DNA from: a virus
IMG/VR virus record: IMGVR_UViG_3300022227_000002
Coordinates: 20,088 to 84,087 of that record
DNA: 64,000 nucleotides
Strand: one strand, 5' to 3'
Shown: positions 11,401 to 20,400 of the stretch, piece by piece
How the letters are laid out: each line of letters opens with the position of its first letter
Position numbering within the stretch: the stretch's first letter is position 1
Translations under genes and position numbers: made by a program
The notes under the pieces: generated by a model
What the model was told of the DNA's origin: nothing
The model's input: only the letters and a program-made list of their open reading frames with translations
Database searches by the model: none

Positions 11401-14400
11401 GTACCTTCAATATATAGTGATACTACAGCAATAACTCCAATTAATGTAATACAAGGACATGATGGTAGTATAGAAGTAGCTTACAATGATTATAGAGATG
11501 ATATATTATTAGAATTAGAAAAAAGAATTTATAATAATCTTAAAGTTGCTTATGATGATGAAGTATTTGACCTTCATGATTTTATTCCAGGACATTATAG
11601 AAAAACAGATTATTCTTTAGACGCTATTAACAAGAGTTTATTAGTAGACTTTACTAATTGGTTAAGTTTTGTAGGCAATATTGATTATACAGAAAATACA
11701 TACCAAACAACACACGGTAGTGATCCTTTTGTTTTTAATTATGGATCTATGTCTAGTTATGATAGTAAACCACTATTAGGTTGGTGGAGAGGAATTTATA
11801 AACAAGCATATGATACAGATAGACCACATAGTCATCCTTGGGAAATATTGGGTTTTGCAGAAAAACCAACTTGGTTTGATACTGTTTATGGATCGGCTCC
11901 TTATACTAGTGACAACTTAATTTTATGGCAAGATTTACAAGATGGTGCTATTCGAGAACCTAATAAAAATGTTGTAATTAAAGACAATTATAAAAGACCT
12001 GACTTACTTAAACATATACCTGTTAATTCTTTGGGCCTTTTAATAAGTCCACACGATAGTAATTTTTCACAAGAATATGTTGCTCATTTAACTAGAGATC
12101 CATTTAAATTTGGTGATCACGCACCAGTAGAAAATGCATGGCGAAGAAGTTCTGATTATCCTTTTGCTGTTATGACATCTTGGATATTAAATCAACCTAG
12201 TCATGCTATTACAGTAGGTTGGGATAGATCAAGAGTTATAAGAAATACTGCAAAACAACTTGTATATAAAGATACAGGATCAAGAATTAAATTAGCTGAT
12301 CTTAAATTTCCAAATTCTATTAGTGATGAAAATAAAGTTTTAACAGCAGGATTTGTAAATTATATTTACGAATATGTTGAAACAGATTTATTAACAAATT
12401 ATTCTGATTATAGAGATAATGTTAAAAAAATTATTAACCAATTAGCATTTAAAGTTCGTGGTTATACTAAAAAAGACAAATTTAAATTACTATTAGATAG
12501 TAGAACTCCTTTAAACACTAGTAACGTGTTTGTTCCTGATGAAAATTATGATGTAATACTTAATACAAGTTCTCCTATAGATGTAGTAACTTATAGTGGA
12601 ATAATTATAGAAAAATTAGCGGCGGGATTTACAATTAAAGGTTATGATAAAAATGCTCCAACTTTAAAATATTTTGCACCTATTAAAAAACAAGCCGACC
12701 CAGTTATTAGAATAGGTGGAATAAGTTCATCTTTTGTAAATTGGGGAGAAAATAAAAGATATGATGTAGGAATGATTGCAAAATTTGGTGATGATTATTA
12801 TTCTACAAAAGATCAACACATATCTAGTACAACATTTGATGGTACAAAATTTATTAAATTACAAGAATTACCTATTGAAGGTGGTGCTTCTGCATACTTA
12901 CGTAACAATTTCGAAACTACTATTTCTGAAATTGCATATGGCTCTTTGTTTAGAGAAATTCAAGATGTTTTTGATTTTATTCTTGGTTATGGAAAATACC
13001 TTGAGTCTTTAGGATTTATATTTGACGAATTTAACAAAGATATAAGAGCAGTTGCTAATTGGCAATTAAGTGCTAAAGAATTTTTATATTGGACAACACA
13101 AGGTTGGGCCGAAGGATCAATAATATCTTTAAGTCCATTAGCTAATAAATTAAAATTAAAAACAAAATATTGTGTGGGAGATAATGTATTTGATAATTTT
13201 TATGATTATACATTATTTAAAGAAGACGGTACTAAACTTGATAAAGAATTTGTAAGAATAGTAAAACAGTATAATGATTATGAAATAATAACAAAAAATA
13301 CTGTTAATGGAATTTATTATGCAAAAATTCCATTAGTACAAAAAGAACACGTAGTATTAATGGATAATAAAACAATATTCAGCGATATAATTTATGATGT
13401 AGAATCTGGATATAGACAAGATAGAATAAAAGTTCTTGGTTATGTTACAGCAGATTGGACTGGTGGATTAAGTATACCAGGATTCATTTATGATCAAGCT
13501 AATATAATTGAATGGTCACCTTATACTGATTATGTGATGAGTGACATTGTAAAACATAAAGAATTTTATTATACTGCTAAAAATAAAATAAAAGGTAGTG
13601 CAACGTTTATTGATGCAGACTGGGATAGATTAGATAACAAACCTAAACCAGATTTATTACCTAACTTCGAATATAAAACTAATCAATTTGCAGACTTTTT
13701 TGATTTAGATACAGATAATTTTGATTCAACTCAACAAAGAATGGCTCAACATTTAATAGGTTATCAAAAAAGACAATTTTTACAAAATATTATTAATGAT
13801 GATGTTTCACAATATAAATTTTATCAAGGATACATTCAGGAAAAAGGAACTAAAAATGTATTAACTAAATTATTTGATGCATTATCGTCTGCAGATAAAG
13901 AAAGTGTAGACTTTTTTGAAGAGTGGGCAATTAGAAAAGGACACTATGGTGTAAGTCAAGGATTTGAAGAAGTAGAATATACTTTAGATGATAGTAAATT
14001 TAGATCTAATCCACAACCTTTTGAATTAACAAATACTATAGATCCTTTAGCTACAGATTTAGTTATTAGACAGAAAGACAGTGATGTATATCTTAAACCT
14101 GAAAATTATACGCATAAACCTTTCCCAACAAAATATGAAAGTATTCCATATTTGCCAACTGCTGGATATGTAGATCCTAGTGATGTTAAATTTATTGTGG
14201 CAAAATATGATGACATATTAAATTTAGATGTAGCTGAATTAAAACAAGGACATTATGTATGGGTAGGAAATTATAAAAATGATTGGGAAGTATTTAAATT
14301 CTCCAATACTCAAGCCAAATTAAGTAAAATAGAAAAGTCAGGTGATTTAATTTTAGTTACTACACAAAATACTGCAAATGTAACCGTTGGAGAAGTTTTT

Positions 14401-17400
14401 GCTATACGAGTAGGAACTGTAACACATATTTTAAAAGCAAACAAAATAGAATTAAATGTTATTACTTGTGACAAAAAAGAAGGTGTTACTGCTGTAGATC
14501 CTGCAACAGGATACATAAGTCAATTTAAAACATCTAGAATTGCAAGTATTACTGATGTAAATGCAAAAATTATGGATTCAGGTCTTCAGGATAATGAAAA
14601 ATTCTGGGTTGATAAAAACGACAATAATAAATGGTCCGTATTGAATAATAGTTTTGTATATAGTTCACATCAAGAAATTTCTAATCCCAACTCTATAGCA
14701 AATACAGAGTTTGGTAAAGTATTAGCTAGTAATGATGCAAATAATATTTTAGTTGTAGGTGCACCAAATGATTCAGACGGTAAAGTTTTTGTTTATAAAA
14801 GAGGAGGCGATAATTCAACATTTAATTTATTTCAAGTTCTTGAAACACCACCAGAAGATCCTGCGTTAAACAAATTAGATGTATTTGATGCTGGTGCAAA
14901 ATTTGGATCAAGTGTAGCAATAAGTCCAGATGGAAAATATATTTTAGTAGGTTCTCCACAAGCCTCTAATGTTAGAACTTATTATAAAGGAAATTATGCT
15001 GTAGGAACTCCATATACAATAGAAGATATTATAAAATACAAAGAACAATTGTGGAAAGTTGTAAATCCTATATTACCTGAAGATCCTTCAGTAGATTTTA
15101 CAACATTTGATAGTCACGTGTTTGCTAAAGAATCAACATATGATTCTGTAACAGGAAATTATACACCATTAACACAAATAATTTTAGGAAATTATATTTT
15201 TACAAATGCTACTACAGATCATTTATTAATTAGAGCATCATTAGATCAATACCAAGGTACTAAAATAGGAGACAAATTACAATTAGCTTGGAATGAATGG
15301 AATACTTTTGTTCCTCCATCAGGAACAGCATACGAACCATTTAATGGTTATAATGCTGATGTTACTAATGCACTTCAAGGTGAACAAACAATTACAGAAA
15401 AAGTAGATGAAATATTAAGCATAGATCAAACTCTTAATGATTTAACAGTAGGTGATGCTATTGCCACTGACAGTGCAGATGGTACAGTAGCTTGGGTAAA
15501 CAAAGTAGGTACTCAGTCTTTAATTTATTTGAAAGATGTTAAAGGTAATTTTTCAGCTACAGGAGATTTATTATTAGGATCTATAAATGTTGGAACATAC
15601 CAACGTGTATTCCAAGAAGATATAAACTATTTAGGTGGCTGGTGGAAAATTAGTATTGGTGCAACAGTTAATAATTGGCCATACATTTCAGAAACAAATC
15701 CATATCTAGTAATATATGATATTATTAGACAAGGAATTACTAGAACAGCATTATCATATTATAATGCTTTATCCGCAACTCAAAATGCAGTTTTACCAGG
15801 TGTTCCAAGAACATCTGAAATAGGAATTTTATCTTATTACAAAACTTATAGTATTGCAGGACAACCAGTGTTCCAGGGTTTAGTTACTGATCAAAGATTC
15901 TTTTTTAGATTAGGCACTGCATTTAATACTAAAGTTGCTGGAAATACTATTAATGGTTGGTTAAACACAATAAGAGATTCAAATAATACAGTGTTTGATC
16001 CAGGTGTAATGGGGTTAAACTTTAGCGATATTAACAAAGAACTTACAATAAGCGGTATTTGGAATGGTTACATAACTGTAGATGCTGAAGCAGATAATTT
16101 AGGTAACTTTTATATACCAACAGTAGGCAGTACTGTTAGAGATCAAACGACAATGAAAACTGCTGAAGTTACTTTTGTTAAAACAATCGACTTTAACAAA
16201 ATACAATTATTTTTAAAAGATGCCACAGGTGCTTTCAAAAAAGGACTTGATGCAGGTGAATCAAGTGACATTTATTTAATAGGTACTCCAGATAGAAAAA
16301 TAGGAACTTTAAGAGACGCAAGATTAGATGTTAATGGTCAAAGTGGACCATACTTTGTATTTGACTCTGGTAAAACATTAATTTCAACAACTAATACAGA
16401 TATAGAAGTAAGACATTTTGATAAAGAATATTGGTTCTATGATGAACAAACATTAGATGGTATAGCTAGATCGGCTAACATTCCTGGAGGTACTAATAAA
16501 GATTATCTTCAAGTGTATAATATTTCTGCTGGAGAAGGAACACAAAGCGGTAATGTTAATGAAGGTGCATATTCAGTTTATGAAATAGGAACAAATAATT
16601 TATTTGCTCATGCAGGAACATTTATAGTACCTGATACTAAAGATAATTTAAAAGTAGGTAGTAAAATAGAAATAAGAAAAGTAGGAGATGAAACTGTTGC
16701 GTATGTAGGAGCTTCGGGAGATTTATCATCAGCTACTCCTGGGAAAATTTATTTTGTTAAAAGAAGTACTACTAAAAATTGGGCACTTTCAACAAATCCT
16801 TTGTATATGGGCGTATTTGATCCAGCTCTTTCATATGCTACAGGTGAATATACAATTTATAATTCAGAATTATATAAAGCAAAAACAAATCTTGTTGCCG
16901 GTGCATGGAATTCAAGTTACTGGGAAAAACAAAGTACAGGTACAGATTATTTAGGATATATTCCTAATGATTCAGGAATAACATTAGAAGGAGATTCAAC
17001 TCTCAATCAAAGTAATTTAGTAATGTTTGGTGATCAATTTGATGTTAATTCTACAGGAACAATTCTTGTAACTAATTTATTATACAGTACTGATGCACAA
17101 AAAGTTGCTGTATATAGATTACAAGAAGGACATTATACATATTCACAAACAATTACATCACCTGAAGATTCATCTCCTAATATAAATTTTGCGAATAGCG
17201 TAGCTATTTCAGAAGATGGAAGTATGTTAGCTATTGGTAGTCCTTTAAAAGACTTTGCTAATGCTGTTGATGCCGGAGTAGTTTATACATATCTACAAGC
17301 AAGTGGTGTTTATTCATTGAATCAAAATTTAAGAAGTCCTGATAGTGAAAATTCAGAAAACTTTGGACACCAATTAGGATTTGATGGAAATACATTGGCA

Positions 17401-20400
17401 GTTACAAGTCTTAAAGGAGATATAACAGTTACCACTGCATTTGATACAGAAACTACAATATTTGATACTGGAGCAACAACATTTTATAAAGTAATGTCAG
17501 ATAGTGGTGCAGTACATTTATTTGAAAGATCAGGTAATACTTTATTATATGCTGAAAAATTTGTATACACAAATGATGGTGCTGTAGAATTTGGACGTAA
17601 TACATTAATAAATGATAATCATGTTTATATAGGTTTACCTACACTTACATTGGCTAATAGTAATAAAGGAACAGTTGTTAATTTTAGAAAAACTAAAGGC
17701 AAATCAAGTTGGATGCAAACAGTAGAAGGTGCTGACCATGTAGAAGTTGATAAAATTAAAAGTGTATTCATTTATAACAAGAAAAATAATTCTGTTGTTG
17801 CTAATTTAGATTATATTGATCCTGTATTAGGAAAAATTGCAGGTACAGCCGAACAAGAATTATATTATAAAACACATTATGATCCAGCAATTTATAATTT
17901 AGGAACTTCATCAGTAACAGTAGATACAAATAATCACTGGGCAGAAGAACAAGTAGGAAGACTTTGGTGGGATTTAAGCACGGTAAGATATTATTATCCT
18001 TATCAAGGTAATATTATATTCAATAACAATCATTGGAATAAACAATTTATTGGTTCATCTGTAGATGTATATGAATGGGTAGAAACAACATATAAGCCTA
18101 GTGTTTGGACTAAACTTTCAGATAGTGGTGAAGGATTAGCTTTAGGAGTAAGTGGTGCACCTAAATATGATGATACTGTATATGTTACTAGAAATACTTA
18201 CGATAAAATTGCTCAAGCCACAAAACCTAAATATTATTATTGGGTTAAAAATAAACAAACTACACCAGATGTAGAATTTAGAAGTTTAAGTTCGTTAGCA
18301 GTTTCACAACTTATAGATGATCCTAAAGGACAAGGTTACAAATATATTACGTTCTTTGATTCAAATAAATTTGCGTTAGTTAATTGTGAATCATTGTTAT
18401 CAAATTCAGATGCTATACTTAATGTTCGTTATTGGACAATAGAAAATAAAGAACTTAATATCCATAATGAATATCAAGTTATGACTGAAGGGTTGTCTAC
18501 TAGTAAACCTTCTTCGGAAATAGAAAAAGTTTGGCATAATAGTTTAATAGGTTATGACGAACAAGGAAATGCTGTACCTGATCCAAATTTAAGTAACAAA
18601 TTAAAGTATGGAACTTTATATAAACCTAGACAAAGTTGGTTTGATAATCATCAAGAAGCATTAAAACAATTAGTAGAAAGAACTAATTCAGTATTGAAAC
18701 TTAATTTAATTGTAGATAAAGTAGATTTAACTAACTTATCTAAAGCAGAAATACAACCTACAGCAAATACTAAACTTTTTGATAAAACTGTAGACGTAGT
18801 AGGAGATTTAGCTTTTGTTGGAACAAATACAATTAAAAAAGCAGAGCTATTGCCAACAATTGTAAATGGTAAAATTACTGCTGTAACTATTTTAAGTGGA
18901 GGTAAAGGCTATGCAACTGTACCTACATTTGAAATTTCAGGAGACAGCGGAAGTGGTGCTGTAATAGAATTAACAATTGATGCTTCAGGACAAGTTGATA
19001 CTGCAATTGTAAAAGTTAATGGAGAAGGATATACATCAAATACAAAAGTTGTTGTTAGACCTTATAGTGTACTTGTAAAAAGTGATGCAGAGCTTGGAGG
19101 TAAATGGGCAATATATGGTTACGATACAAGTTTAAGTACTTGGAGTAGAACAGCTTCACAAAAATATAATACTGATCTTTATTGGTCATATATTGATTGG
19201 TATGACGTAGGATATAATCAATTTACGTCAATAGATTATACTGTTAGTCAATCATACTTGTTAGATTCTTTAAGTGATGAAATAGGAGATATTGTAAAAA
19301 TAGAAAATGTAGGTACAGGTGGTTGGCTATTATTAGAAAAAATAGATAATCAACTTAATGTAGATTATACTGTAAATTATAAAACTATTGGTAGAGAAAA
19401 TGGAACAATTGCATTTAAAAATACTTTATATGATTTTGGTTCTAATACTGTAGGTTATGCGTCAACTAGTTATGATACTGTATTGTATGATAGACAACCT
19501 GTTCAAGAAACAAGAATAATATTAGAAGCTTTAAGAGATAAAATTTTTATTAATGATTTAGAAGTACATTATAATGAACTTTTCTTTGCTAGTTTAAGAT
19601 ATGCATTAAGCGAAAATAAATTAACAGATTGGGCATTTAAAACAAGTTTCATCAAAATAAAACATAATGCGGGTGATCTTAAACAAAAAGTAACTTATAA
19701 AAATGATAATCTTTCTAATTTCGAAGATTATATTAAAGAAACTAAACCATATAAAACTAATATTAGAGAATATGTAAGTTCTTACGAAAATGTAACGCCA
19801 TCTAGTTCAGTTATAACGGACTTTGATTTACCTGCTAGTTATGATGATCAAAATAAAATAGTACCTAGTTCAGCAAAATTTGTAGGTACTGCTTTAACAG
19901 GAACAAGTACAATTGTAAATTATCCTGATAAACATTGGTTAGAAAATGTAGGATTTAAAATTACTTCATTTAATATAGGAGATAAAGGTAGTGGTTATAT
20001 TACGCCACCAGCTGTTTCAATAACTGGTGGCGGAGGTACTGGTGCTATAGCTCAAGCATATATTAGTAGCGGAAAAGTAACAGCAATTAAAATTGTTAAT
20101 GAAGGATTAGGATATTTAACAGCGCCTACAGTAACTTTACAAGGAGGAATTAAAGATGTAACTACAGGAACAGTTGCTAAAGTTAGTGCTGTATTAGGTA
20201 AGTCTTTAGTTAAAGTAACTCATCTTACTGTTAAATTTGACAGAACATCTGGAACATATTTAATAACATCATTAGCAAGAACAGAAACGTTTGCAGGAAA
20301 TAATTCTGTATTAGATTATTATTTAAAATGGCCGATAGATTTAAGAAGAAATACAATCAAAGTAACTGTTAATAATATTGAAAGTTTATCAAGTGAATAC